From positions 2,400 through 66,399 of the forward strand of contig JACQDX010000083.1 of assembly GCA_016200895.1 (NCBI GenBank): 64,000 nt of DNA, read 5' to 3'. The translations under genes and the position numbers were made by a program. Positions 41,260-50,843 of this stretch are shown here, in pieces (the first letter of the stretch is position 1; the number at the start of each line of letters is the position of its first letter). The notes below the pieces were generated by a model. It saw only the letters and a program-made list of their open reading frames with translations. It searched no databases and had not been told where the DNA came from. Origin of the DNA: Burkholderiales bacterium (GTDB lineage Bacteria; Pseudomonadota; Gammaproteobacteria; Burkholderiales; Burkholderiaceae_D).

Positions 41260-42792
41260 ATGCGCCTATCCACCTTTACCCTGACCCCTATTGTTGCTGC
41301 ACTTGTGCTGACGGGTTGCGTGACTACGCCTACCCATGACAGCAAGGTTGCTGCTTCACTTTCAGTTGCAAAATCTGGTCAGATTGATGAAGCGATCAGA
41401 CAGGTAGAAGCGCAAACACAAGGCGCCAATAAAGCTGATTTATTGTTGAATCTGGAAAAAGGCGAATTGATGCGCGTAGGCAAGCGCTACAAGGACAGTC
41501 TGGACGCCTTTGACGTGGCCGATACAAAAGTAAAAATCTGGGAAGAAACTGCAAAGTCATCCCCACAAAAACTGATGGGCCAGATCGGTGCCACCATCAT
41601 GGGCGATGCCAGCCGTGACTATGAAGGTCAGGACTATGAAAAAGTCATGCTGACCACGCGCATGGCGATGGACCGTTTGAACCTGGGTGATCTGGATACC
41701 GCCCGCGTAGATATCAAACGTACGCACGAACGTGAAGCTGTCATCGCAGAATTCCGCTCCAAGGAAACTGCAGAAGCAGAAAAAGAAGCCAAGGACAAGG
41801 GCGTGAGTTCTACCGGTAAGGAATTAAACGGCTACCCGGTTGAAACCCTGAATGATCCTGAAGTACTGAAGCTAAAAAACGGCTATCAAAATGCCCTCAG
41901 CCATTATCTGGCAGGCTTTGTCTACGAAGCCCTGAATGAACCTGGGCTGGCTGCTCCTGGCTACCGCAAGGCAATTGAATTGCGCCCTGATTTGCCGGTG
42001 CTGGAAGATGGCTTGAAAGGTCTGGACCAACGTACCAGTTTCCGCCGTAAAAAAGGCGTGACCGATGTGCTGTTCATTATCGAGGCTGGTAATTCACCAG
42101 CGCGCCAATCCAAGAAAATCGCCTTCCCTGTGCCTACTGGCCGTGGTCTGGTGACCATCTCGTTCGCGTTCCCAGTAATTTATCCTGATCCGAATGCACC
42201 TATGATCAGTAATATCCGTGTTGGCAATCAAGTCTTGCCAACAGCGCTGGTCACCGACTTTAACGTGATGGCACGTAAAGCCCTGAAAGATGAACTGCCT
42301 GGTATTTATACTCGCGCTGCAGTACGTGCTGTAACTAAAGGCGTGGTACAGGATCAGGTCAATAAAAACTTTGGCGCACTCGCTGGCCTGGCAGCTAACC
42401 TGGCTGTTGTCGCGACTGAAAGCCCGGCGGATGACCGCATGTGGCGCAGCCTGCCAGAGCGCGTGTTTGTAGCCCGTGCATTTTTGCCGCCAGGCGACTA
42501 TGATTTGAATTTCGGCAATCGCGGTGATGCGGGCAAGATCACCGTGGATGGCCGTTACATGGTGGTGCCTGTGCGTATTTATCAGGACAAGACTTATCTG
42601 GGTGACCTGGCAAAATTCGGCAGCGTGACACCCGTGGCACAATTGCAGGCTGAGCCAGAACCCAAGGCTACTGAAGCACCTAAACCACCGGTGAAAGGCA
42701 AACAGCCAGTCAAGACAAAATCTGTAGTAAAAACAAATGCAGCGACAGCAACGACGGACACAACAAGTACCACCAGCACTAAATCCAACTGA
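41260..42792 (+). CDS. lipoprotein, COG3014-like (TPR-like helical region, Thr-rich tail)
   Basis: Lipobox LTGC after MRLSTFTLTPIVAALV. The sequence …DYEGQDYEKVMLTTRMAMDRLNLGDLDTARVDIKR… is as I recall for COG3014 proteins. Confidence 0.65.
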   Translation: MRLSTFTLTPIVAALVLTGCVTTPTHDSKVAASLSVAKSGQIDEAIRQVEAQTQGANKADLLLNLEKGELMRVGKRYKDSLDAFDVADTKVKIWEETAKSSPQKLMGQIGATIMGDASRDYEGQDYEKVMLTTRMAMDRLNLGDLDTARVDIKRTHEREAVIAEFRSKETAEAEKEAKDKGVSSTGKELNGYPVETLNDPEVLKLKNGYQNALSHYLAGFVYEALNEPGLAAPGYRKAIELRPDLPVLEDGLKGLDQRTSFRRKKGVTDVLFIIEAGNSPARQSKKIAFPVPTGRGLVTISFAFPVIYPDPNAPMISNIRVGNQVLPTALVTDFNVMARKALKDELPGIYTRAAVRAVTKGVVQDQVNKNFGALAGLAANLAVVATESPADDRMWRSLPERVFVARAFLPPGDYDLNFGNRGDAGKITVDGRYMVVPVRIYQDKTYLGDLAKFGSVTPVAQLQAEPEPKATEAPKPPVKGKQPVKTKSVVKTNAATATTDTTSTTSTKSN

Positions 42793-42815
42793 TATTAGAG
42801 GATAGAAGAGGATAT

Positions 42816-43217
42816 ATGAAACTGATTTCCAAACAATTTGCCGCATGCACTGTTTTGCTTGCCGCCTGCTTTACCACTCCCGTCTTTGCTCAGGATATTC
42901 CTAACGCATCTTCTCCTGGTATTGCTGCCAAATTGATGGTGCGTGGCACGCTTGAAGGTGTGCAAGTGACTGACCTGCGTTCACAGCGCAAGAATGATGT
43001 CCTGGTGGTGCAGGCCGAGATGGTCAACCTGACCAACCGTGATGTGCGCGTGTACTACCGTTTCCGCTGGACTGATGCGGCAGGCATGCAGGTCGGTGAC
43101 GGTGAAGTCTGGAAACCATTGATGATTTTGGGCCAGCAAAGCCAGTTCATCAAGAGCACCGCCTATGGCCCACAAGCGACGGATTTCAGAATCGAATTGA
43201 GTGCAGAGCCACGTTAA
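42816..43217 (+). CDS. YcfL family (DUF1425) periplasmic protein or lipoprotein
   Basis: Signal peptide; …VVQAEMVNLTNRDVRVYYRFRWTDAAGMQV… matches the YcfL signature pattern. Confidence 0.7.
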   Translation: MKLISKQFAACTVLLAACFTTPVFAQDIPNASSPGIAAKLMVRGTLEGVQVTDLRSQRKNDVLVVQAEMVNLTNRDVRVYYRFRWTDAAGMQVGDGEVWKPLMILGQQSQFIKSTAYGPQATDFRIELSAEPR

Positions 43218-43271
43218 TCATCATTCGCAACAAGCAAAAAGAAGCAACAAGATTATATTTAAGGAGTACAT

Positions 43272-43886
43272 ATGAAACGCATTTCCTCACTGTCCAAAAG
43301 TTGTGCCCTGGTGGTTTTGCTTGGCCTCACACTAACTGCCTGCCAGACCAGATTGTCACAGCCTACAGTCAGCCTGGCACGCCAGACTACTTATGGAGAC
43401 ACCAAGGCAGTTGAAACTGTCACCAATGAATTTGGTTCTACCGATTTGCAAATGATCGCAGAAAAAATGGTCGGTTCCCTGCTCGAAGACCCGGTACTGG
43501 CAAATCGCCCGACCATGACTTTGACTGGTGTACGTAACAAGACCAGTGAATACATCGATACCAAGTCCATCATGAATACTATTCAGACCGCACTGGTGAA
43601 AAGCCGCAAGGTGAAATTCACCCGCAGTGCTGACGAGATGCAAACAGGCGTCGATGAATTGCAGCGTCAAAATCAAAGTGGTTTGTACAAGGCGCAGGGC
43701 AAGGCAAAAGTCGGTAATATGAGCGCCGCCAAATATTCCCTGGAAGGTGAGATCGTTTCCATCGTCAAGCAAAGTGCCAACACCAAGGACGTGTTCTACA
43801 AAATGACTTTGAAGCTGTACGACATTGAGGATGGTTCCATCGAATGGCAAGACGAAAAAGAAATTCGTAAAACTTCCAAGCGTTAA
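43272..43886 (+). CDS. LpoB-like lipoprotein (COG3417, penicillin-binding protein activator family)
   Basis: Lipobox LTAC. …TMTLTGVRNKTSEYIDTK…IQTALVKSRKVKF… and …AKYSLEGEIVSIV…LKLYDIEDGSIEW parallel the LpoB C-terminal domain layout. Confidence 0.72.
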   Translation: MKRISSLSKSCALVVLLGLTLTACQTRLSQPTVSLARQTTYGDTKAVETVTNEFGSTDLQMIAEKMVGSLLEDPVLANRPTMTLTGVRNKTSEYIDTKSIMNTIQTALVKSRKVKFTRSADEMQTGVDELQRQNQSGLYKAQGKAKVGNMSAAKYSLEGEIVSIVKQSANTKDVFYKMTLKLYDIEDGSIEWQDEKEIRKTSKR

Positions 43887-43932
43887 TTTCGGGCGTCATT
43901 CTGAAGCGCTAATCTCTTAAAGAGGCAATACG

Positions 43933-44772
43933 ATGTTGAATCTGAAAAAATTGATGGCAGGCTTGTTCTGCTCTGTAGCGGCATTTTCTGCCAGTGCAGC
44001 TGAACAAAAAATTACCATCCCAAAAATTGCGGTGACTGACCTGACTTATGAAGAAAAAGTCAGCGAGTATTTCCGCGTAGTGTCTGCTTCCAGCAAGAGC
44101 AGTGTCAAGGGTAGCTATAGTGAGCGCGAAACTGATCGCAGCTATTCGCAGCGTGGCAATATCAACGCCAAGAGCGAAAGCAATTACTACGAAGCTGAGG
44201 GTTTCTATACCTATATCGACCGCGGTGAATTGAAGACTTACACGGCTGACTTGAAAGGCGCGCTGATCAAGGGTGGTGGTGTGTCTCTGGTGCAGGCACG
44301 CCCTTATGTTGGCAAGCCTATGGAAAAAATTTACGACATCATAGGTCGTATCAAACAGGGTATGTATCCTGGTGCTGACTATGTCTTGTTTGGCACTGTG
44401 AGTAATATCCAGTTCCGCCAGGAAAGCAACCAGCTGCAATACGGTAACTCCATGACAGCAAGCCTGTCGCTGGACCTGGTGGCCGATTTCAGCCTGATCA
44501 ATACCAAGACTTATGAAGTCAAGGCGGCATTCAGCGCCAGCGGTTCTGGTGTAGATACCAAGATCATCAGCCGTGCCGGTGACCGTGTCGTGTTCAGTCG
44601 TGGCAAAGTCATGCAAGAGACTTCCCGCAGCCTTGCTGACGCAGCTTATGATGAGCTCTTGGTCCAGTTCGGCGCTCCGCGTGGTGCCAACCGTGGTCAG
44701 TATGGTCGAGTACAGAGCGGTCAACCTGTCGTGCCTGTACAAAACACTGAACCGGTGACTGTGTACAAGTAA
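43933..44772 (+). CDS. secreted protein with a CsgG/LpoB-like fold signature, unknown function
   Basis: Signal peptide …AAFSASAAE. …IAVTDL…, …ADYVLFGTVSNI… and …LSLDLVADFSLINTKTYEV… resemble CsgG/LpoB-type alpha-beta sandwich motifs. Confidence 0.5.
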   Translation: MLNLKKLMAGLFCSVAAFSASAAEQKITIPKIAVTDLTYEEKVSEYFRVVSASSKSSVKGSYSERETDRSYSQRGNINAKSESNYYEAEGFYTYIDRGELKTYTADLKGALIKGGGVSLVQARPYVGKPMEKIYDIIGRIKQGMYPGADYVLFGTVSNIQFRQESNQLQYGNSMTASLSLDLVADFSLINTKTYEVKAAFSASGSGVDTKIISRAGDRVVFSRGKVMQETSRSLADAAYDELLVQFGAPRGANRGQYGRVQSGQPVVPVQNTEPVTVYK

Positions 44773-44794
44773 TCGACTGGCAGTAATTTACAGT

Positions 44795-44825
44795 AAAAAG
44801 CCTGGTGTTTTCACCAGGCTTTTTG
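44795..44825. terminator. bidirectional intrinsic terminator
   Basis: aaaaagcctggtg-tttt-caccaggcttttt. Confidence 0.65.
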
Positions 44826-44860
44826 CATTTCAAAATACCAGATGAGCAGCGTTAAGCTTT

Positions 44861-45438
44861 TCAGGCTTCAGGCTGGATAACAACTTTATGTAAATTCTTG
44901 CTGTCGATATCATGAATGGATACTGTCATTGCCCTGGTCTTCGCATCGATTTTTGCAATGCCAAAGAATTGCAGCAATTCTGCCGGTGAACGGTTTTGTT
45001 TCATGCCCTGCGGCACGCTGACATATTTCACATCGGAAACGCACGCGGTAAAAAGTACGTTTGTCCTGCGGGCAACCCGCTAAGGTCTATGCGGGCAGTG
45101 TAATCCGTACTGGGCAATGCCAGCGGGCCGCTGATATTGCTGGCATTCTTGAAATCCTCGTTATTGGAATATTCAAGCAGCATGCGCACAGGTCTGTCAG
45201 TGCGGTTCCAGATGATGGCTTTGTCGCGGGTGATGTCGCCACTCATGACACCGCAAGACAGTTGCGGGCGTAACTTGTCCGAGGTGACGAGGGCGGGAGC
45301 AGCAGTTGCAGCAGCTTGTGCGCGTGCTATTTGGGGCAGGCTGGTCGCTGCGATGATGGCAGCAGCACCGGCGCTGGCATTGCACAGGAACTGGCGGCGT
45401 TGCAGTTCGCTCTTGCCTGGCTTGTGATCCTTGGACAT
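44861..45438 (-). pseudogene. phoD: alkaline phosphatase D (PhoD) remnant: N-terminal Tat-signal/PhoD_N fragment plus a short out-of-frame C-terminal fragment
   Basis: A 136-codon ORF carries a Tat motif (RRQFL) and PhoD_N-like sequence (…GVMSGDIT.DKAIIWNRTD…GLPAGQTYF), then stops. Directly downstream, in another frame, are 56 codons (KYVSVPQG…FFGIAKIDAKTRAMTVSIHDIDSKNLHKVVIQPEA) resembling a PhoD C-terminus. Full-length PhoD is about 500 aa or more. Confidence 0.6.
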
Positions 45439-45574
45439 GGCTTTTCCTTACCAGATCTTTAGATAGCCTTTATTCTAAAGTGTCAGTGTGACCAAAGCAT
45501 GTCAATAATGTAGGACCTACCCAAAACCGCCCCAGCTGCGTTGCAGCTCCTAGCCATACTGTCTTCGTCGCGAC

Positions 45575-45734
45575 GGTGTAGTCGGGGTTTCAGACAATAT
45601 ATTGTCTGCCGACGTAACGAACCTCTCTTGCAAGAGAGGTTTTCTAAAGCGATAGGTGTAGTTGGGATTTCGGACAACATGTTGTCCGCCAACGTAACGA
45701 ACCTCTCTTGCAAGAGAGGTTTTCTAAAGCGATA
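45575..45734 (+). repeat. Two tandem 80-bp units, each with an extended stem-loop plus a terminator-like hairpin
   Basis: Unit 1 is 45575-45654 and unit 2 is 45655-45734. The last 40 nt are identical. The first 40 nt differ at 7 positions, and 6 of these form 3 compensatory pairs. Confidence 0.9.
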
Positions 45735-45784
45735 GCCTTGCTGGGACAATTTTGCGTAAGTCCTATAATGGATGCCGTGATGAT

Positions 45785-46141
45785 TTAACTGGCTGCCAGC
45801 GCCGCGACAAATAATTCATCATCTTGCCTGCGTTTGCGAAAGTCAAAGACAGTAGTGACTGTCACCACCAGCATGCCCGTTGGCAGCAGCCAGGCGCACA
45901 TCAGGATAATCCAGCCCAGGTAGGGTGAGCGGTCAATCGCACCATGATAGGGTGTAAACGCAGGGACACTTGTCGCAGTCATGGTGACTGCATGATGTTG
46001 AATATCGACCATGAGTACAGGTAAATTCTCATCGCTTTTCCCCTCTATAGGCAAAGTGGCGTTTGCGTAAGAAACCAGCAGCATGCTGATAAAAACGAAG
46101 AGGGCGCGAAGATAGCTGGCGTGACTATACTTGATATGCAT
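45785..46141 (-). CDS. hypothetical membrane protein
   Basis: 118-aa ORF with N-terminal and central hydrophobic segments. I recognise no family. Confidence 0.45.
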   Translation of the reverse strand: MHIKYSHASYLRALFVFISMLLVSYANATLPIEGKSDENLPVLMVDIQHHAVTMTATSVPAFTPYHGAIDRSPYLGWIILMCAWLLPTGMLVVTVTTVFDFRKRRQDDELFVAALAAS

Positions 46142-46266
46142 GGGCTGCTCTTGATTTAGTGATATGTAGGTAGTTCAGGCTGTTTTAAAAAAACTGCCAT
46201 GCCAGTCGCGGTGCGAAAGGCAGGCAGCAAAACGGGAAAGACATGCCTTGTTATTTCCCTTCCTGA

Positions 46267-46932
46267 TTAATCGATCTTCCAGACATACTGAACCTTGGTC
46301 CAGCTTTGCTGTGCTACGCCATCTATCGTGCCTGGTGTAAAACGGCACAGTGAGAGGGCTTGGCTGGCGGCTTTGTCGAGATTGCGGTAGCCGCTGCTGC
46401 CTTCGGTCTTGGTTTCAAGTACGCGGCCGTCGGCACCGATCAGCATGGCCAGGGTGACTGTCCCGGTTTCCGTATTACGTATAGAGCTGGCTGGATAGAC
46501 GGGTTTTTCGCATCGACTCATATCAACTACGGCTGCGATATGCACTGGCGCTTTTGTTGGGCCTGTTGCTATAAGCAAAGGACCATCGCCGTTTCCACCA
46601 GGATCACTTATTTTTTCTCCCTTGTCTGGAACTGGATTTACTTTTGAAATCGGTGAGTCATTAACTGGATTTTTAACTGCAACCTCAACCTCGGGGATAT
46701 ATGGTGGAGGGTCTTTCGGCAGAGGCAAGTCAGGTTTGAATTTAGGCTCAGGTTCAAGCGGCTTTGCTTTAGGTTGGTCAAATTCGACAATGACTGGATC
46801 ACTATGAGGGGGACTGATTTTGATCTTCATGCTGTTCAGCAAGGCAGCCAGTAAAGCCACATGCAGCAAGGCGACGATACCCAAACGTGACATGCGCTTG
46901 AAGGGATGTTGTTGGTTTTCTGTAAATTCCAT
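46267..46932 (-). CDS. energy transducer TonB family protein
   Basis: N-terminal TM (…LGIVALLHVALLAALL), a Pro/Lys-rich spacer (…PKAKPLEPEPKFKPDLPLPKDPPPYIPE…) and a TonB C-terminal domain (…YPASSIRN.ETGTVTL…). I prefer the ATG at 46932. Confidence 0.8.
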   Translation of the reverse strand: MEFTENQQHPFKRMSRLGIVALLHVALLAALLNSMKIKISPPHSDPVIVEFDQPKAKPLEPEPKFKPDLPLPKDPPPYIPEVEVAVKNPVNDSPISKVNPVPDKGEKISDPGGNGDGPLLIATGPTKAPVHIAAVVDMSRCEKPVYPASSIRNTETGTVTLAMLIGADGRVLETKTEGSSGYRNLDKAASQALSLCRFTPGTIDGVAQQSWTKVQYVWKID

Positions 46933-47365
46933 TTTGTTCTCCAGGTTTGGGGTCAGGCCAGGCATGGCGAACAGCGCATGCCGGGGACTAGCTTGGAGAT
47001 GCATCAGCTAATGCCATTCATTACTTGTAAAAGCAAGTGAAGTGGTATTTATGTGCAATCCATGTGCTTTAAGATAGCAATAAAAATGTCACTTGAAAAG
47101 CATTTTTACTGATTAATTTAGGATATTTAATTTCTTCGATGATGAAATGGCAGAGATTCTTTGTACTTCGATTGTCGAAAAGGAAAAAATTACTTTATCT
47201 ACTCATAGCTTTTATCGATGCTGTAATAGGAAAAAAGCCTTAAATGTTGGCCTTCACCTCATAGAGAACGCATTTCATTGCCTTTGATGATGCAATTGCT
47301 AGTGAAAAGCATTACTATTGCGCTTAATAAGTAAAAACTCTGCTAAATAATAAGGTGTTGTAATT

Positions 47366-48007
47366 ATGCAAAATGGCATACGGGTGTTATTGGCTGATGA
47401 TCATCCCATCGTGATGACAGGTTTTGCGATGTCGCTAGGCAGCCTGGGAATTACCGTGCTGGGCCAAGCCAGGACACCGCAAGAAGCGGTCGAGCAATAT
47501 GCGGCCTTGAAGCCGGATGTGGTGATACTGGACATACGCTTTGGTGCGGACTTGACCGGTCTGGACGCGGCGCGCGATATTCTGGCGCAATTTGCGGATG
47601 CAAAGATTGTCTTCCTCAGCCAGTTTGATCAGGATGCTTTGATCAAGGAAGCTTATCGCCTCGGTGCCAAGGCCTTTGTCACCAAGGACTGTGATCCGGC
47701 TGACCTGGCAACGGCAGTGCAGCGTGCACATCAGGGGGAATTGTATTTCCTGCCGCAGATCGCAGAGCGTCTGGCGAATTTGTCGGTGCGTGGGGATGAG
47801 TCGCCACAATCGCTATTGAATGAGCGTGACCTGGAAATCTTCAAGTTCATGGCAGAAGGGCTGACCAATGCCGAGATTGCCGAGAGACTGGATCTGTCGC
47901 TAAAAACCATCAGCAATGTCAGCCAGGCGATCAAGGAAAAACTGGGGGTACACAGACCTGCCTACATCACCAAACTGGCGGTCAAGCATGGGCTGATCGC
48001 ACCGTGA
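47366..48007 (+). CDS. response regulator, NarL/FixJ (LuxR-type HTH) family
   Basis: REC domain (…VLLADDHPIV…ILDIRF…) and a LuxR HTH (…ERDLEIFKFMAEGLTNAEIAERLDLSLKTISN…). Confidence 0.9.
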   Translation: MQNGIRVLLADDHPIVMTGFAMSLGSLGITVLGQARTPQEAVEQYAALKPDVVILDIRFGADLTGLDAARDILAQFADAKIVFLSQFDQDALIKEAYRLGAKAFVTKDCDPADLATAVQRAHQGELYFLPQIAERLANLSVRGDESPQSLLNERDLEIFKFMAEGLTNAEIAERLDLSLKTISNVSQAIKEKLGVHRPAYITKLAVKHGLIAP

Positions 48008-48083
48008 TGCTGTCGCATTTACAAATGCAAACGCAAACATTAGTAACCGCATTGGTATCTACGTTGATCAAGGCAGCGTCGCA

Positions 48084-49613
48084 ATGAATTTTTCCGCTTT
48101 TCTCTGGCGTAACTGGGATTTGCGTTCGCGCCTGTTCCTCATCATCATGCTGCCAGTGATCTACATGTTTTGCTCTGTGGTCTGGTATTCCTATCAGTCC
48201 CGCTTGCAGGAAGGCAAGGCAGAGTTGCTGGAGCGTGCCTATGTGGTCGCCACTGCCCTGGCAGAAAGTGTTGAATACAATCTGCTGACCAAGAACCTGC
48301 CCGGCCTGAAAAGCACCATGACCGATGTCATGCTGTCAGACCGTAGCATCGCCAGGATAGATGTGCTTGATGCGAACAAGAAAGACATCCTGCACATTAT
48401 TTCCTCTGAAAAAATTCAGCAGGCGGAACATTCAGTTGAAGTGCCAGTCAGACGTCAACTGGTGTGGGTGAATTTGTTGAGAGAATCCAAAAACACCAAA
48501 TCCGGTGTTTTGCCTTTGACGACTGCCAGCACAGAAAGCAAAGACGCAGATATGCTGGGTTATGTCAGGGTTACCATGTCAGCCACGCGCATGTTAAACA
48601 AACATAGCCAGCGTTTCATGTTCGAACTTGCCATGAGCGCGCTGGCTCTGTTTGTCAGTGCGGTGCTGGCGGTGTACCTGGCATTGAGCCTGACCCGGCC
48701 CTTGCAAAAATCCATAGAAACCCTGCGTGAAATACGCGAAGGTGATTATTCGAATACGCTGGAGGTGACAACGGGTGGCGAGATAGGTGACTTGCAGATT
48801 TCCATCAATGCCATGTCGATCAGCCTGCAACAAGCTAAACAGGATCTGGAAAACAAGGTACAGGAAAGAACCCGTGATTTGATGGAATCGCGTAATGAGG
48901 CTTTAAAAGCCAATGCAGAAAAACGCAAGCTGATACAAAAAGTCCATAGCATCGTTGAAGATGAACGCAAGAGTATTGCCATAGAAATTCATGATGAATT
49001 GAATGCTTCATTAATTGCCGCCAGACTGGAAGCGCAGCGCATTCAACATTTGGCTACGCAGATAGAAGCCAGCGAAGTGGCCGGTGTCGTGGCTGGAGAA
49101 ATTCAGGAGCGTGCCAAAGCGATTACCAAACTGACCCTGGATTTATATGCCAATGGCCGCAATCTGGTGCGCCGTCTGCGGCCTGAAGTATTGGACATGC
49201 TGGGTTTGCAAGGTGCAGTTGAAGACATGCTCAGACATTACAACAGCAATGTGCCAGGCTGCCAGTTTCATTTTGACAGCGATGGGGACTTTTCCAGGCT
49301 CGATAGCGGGCTGGCGATTTCTGTCTACAGAATCATACAAGAGGCTTTGTCGAATGTCCTGAAACACGCTCATGCCACGCAGGTGGAAGTAGCATTGAGT
49401 ATTCTGGAAGAGCAAAAGTGTTTGCAGATAGAAGTCAGTGACAATGGCAGAGGTTTTGATATTCATCGTAGCTCAGCAGGCATAGGCATCACCGGCATGC
49501 GTGAGCGTGTGGCAGCCTTTAATGGCGAAATTGAATTACATTCTTCAGTCGAAGATGGGACGCAAATCACGATAAGCTTGCCTCTGCTAAAAATTGCTAC
49601 TGCACTTACATAG
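48084..49613 (+). CDS. sensor histidine kinase, NarX/HisKA_3 type
   Basis: Two TM segments flank a periplasmic region. HAMP domain, H-box …IAIEIHDELNASL…, and HATPase_c (…EALSNVLKHA…, …DNGRGF…, …GIGITGMRER…). Confidence 0.88.
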   Translation: MNFSAFLWRNWDLRSRLFLIIMLPVIYMFCSVVWYSYQSRLQEGKAELLERAYVVATALAESVEYNLLTKNLPGLKSTMTDVMLSDRSIARIDVLDANKKDILHIISSEKIQQAEHSVEVPVRRQLVWVNLLRESKNTKSGVLPLTTASTESKDADMLGYVRVTMSATRMLNKHSQRFMFELAMSALALFVSAVLAVYLALSLTRPLQKSIETLREIREGDYSNTLEVTTGGEIGDLQISINAMSISLQQAKQDLENKVQERTRDLMESRNEALKANAEKRKLIQKVHSIVEDERKSIAIEIHDELNASLIAARLEAQRIQHLATQIEASEVAGVVAGEIQERAKAITKLTLDLYANGRNLVRRLRPEVLDMLGLQGAVEDMLRHYNSNVPGCQFHFDSDGDFSRLDSGLAISVYRIIQEALSNVLKHAHATQVEVALSILEEQKCLQIEVSDNGRGFDIHRSSAGIGITGMRERVAAFNGEIELHSSVEDGTQITISLPLLKIATALT

Positions 49614-49721
49614 AAGTGCCGAAATTTATTCCAGATGCCACCGTGATTTGAAGTAGTTTTGTAAAAATATTTGTTGTAGTCAGTTTTGTAATTAATATTT
49701 TTCATCCACCAGGAAAATCGC

Positions 49722-50843
49722 ATGACGCAAGTAACCGGACTGTCAGGAAATGAGATATTTTGCCTCGCTAAAAAGAATATGCGACCGGGTGAAATTGTGA
49801 TTGGCAATAGTGTCAACTCCATAGGCTTTCTGGGCAGTATCGGTGCTGGTGTGGGTAATATCCTTGGTGGTGAGATCGCGCAGGTTACATCAGTGATACA
49901 TGATGGAAGGGCAAATGCATTTTCCAGAATGGTGCGCGAAGCTGTCCAGCATGGGGCCGATGGTGTAGCAGGGGTCACGAGCGAATTGCGCTCCTTGAGT
50001 GGCAAGACAGAATTTCTCTTTGTCGGTTCTGCAGTCCATGTGCCTGGCCACAACAAGGAAATATTTACCAGTGCTGGCGATGCACAGGAATTGTACTGCC
50101 ATATCGACGCAGGTTATCAGCCTTTGCAGCATGTGTTTGGCAATGTCGCTTATTCCATGGGCATTGGTGGCAGTATCCTGGGATCCCTGAAAACCCTGGT
50201 GCGCGGTGAAGTCAGGGAGTTCAGCGACATTTTCAATGTAACGCGGCATGTGGCACTTGCACGCCTTATTAAACAAGCCAAGGAAAATGGTGCCAATTCT
50301 GTCGTAGGTATTCGCACTACCATAGAAAAATGGATGGGCGTGCATGAAATGCTAATGACGGGAACAGCCGCATTTAATAGTGAGCTGCCACAGTGGGCAA
50401 GTCAGAATCCCGTTACCAGTGATATGACCGGTGAGGAATTGTGGGCCATGACCAGCCTGGGCTTTGCGCCGGTCAAATTACTGATGTCAACTTCGATTTA
50501 TTCTCTGGGCTTGATTGGTGGTTTCCTGGCAACCATCAAATCAATCAAGAAGGGAGAAATCAGTGACCTGACGACACTCATCCATGACGCTAGGGTCAAC
50601 GCTGTAGACAGATTGAAACGTGAAGCGACAGAGATAGGCGCAGACGAAGTGATAGGTGTAAAAACTTATATTGCAGAGATAGGTAATGGTCTGGTTGAGT
50701 TCATGGCAATCGGCACGGCAGTCAAAAAAATCAGTGGCATGTCGGTCAAAACTGCGACATTGCCAGTACAAGCCATTATCCGTGACCGCGATACCTGGAT
50801 AGATGGGGAATTTGGCATTTCACTTGATCGACAAAGTGCGTGA
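49722..50843 (+). CDS. protein with three tandem YbjQ/UPF0145 (putative heavy-metal-binding) domains
   Basis: There are three units of about 110-120 aa. Each has a …[ST]G.E…, …GGE/GE[IV]…, …R..A..R[ML]…A…GA[DN].V[AVI]G[VI]… and …GTA[VA] pattern. Confidence 0.8.
   Translation: MTQVTGLSGNEIFCLAKKNMRPGEIVIGNSVNSIGFLGSIGAGVGNILGGEIAQVTSVIHDGRANAFSRMVREAVQHGADGVAGVTSELRSLSGKTEFLFVGSAVHVPGHNKEIFTSAGDAQELYCHIDAGYQPLQHVFGNVAYSMGIGGSILGSLKTLVRGEVREFSDIFNVTRHVALARLIKQAKENGANSVVGIRTTIEKWMGVHEMLMTGTAAFNSELPQWASQNPVTSDMTGEELWAMTSLGFAPVKLLMSTSIYSLGLIGGFLATIKSIKKGEISDLTTLIHDARVNAVDRLKREATEIGADEVIGVKTYIAEIGNGLVEFMAIGTAVKKISGMSVKTATLPVQAIIRDRDTWIDGEFGISLDRQSA

Noticed and set aside
45483-45749. 88-aa (minus) and 64-aa (plus, 45541-45735) ORFs spanning the tandem 80-bp repeats.
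   Set aside because: Their peptide repeats (…LLQERF…) simply mirror the DNA repeat and palindromes. The compensatory nucleotide changes point to structure-level constraint, not coding constraint.
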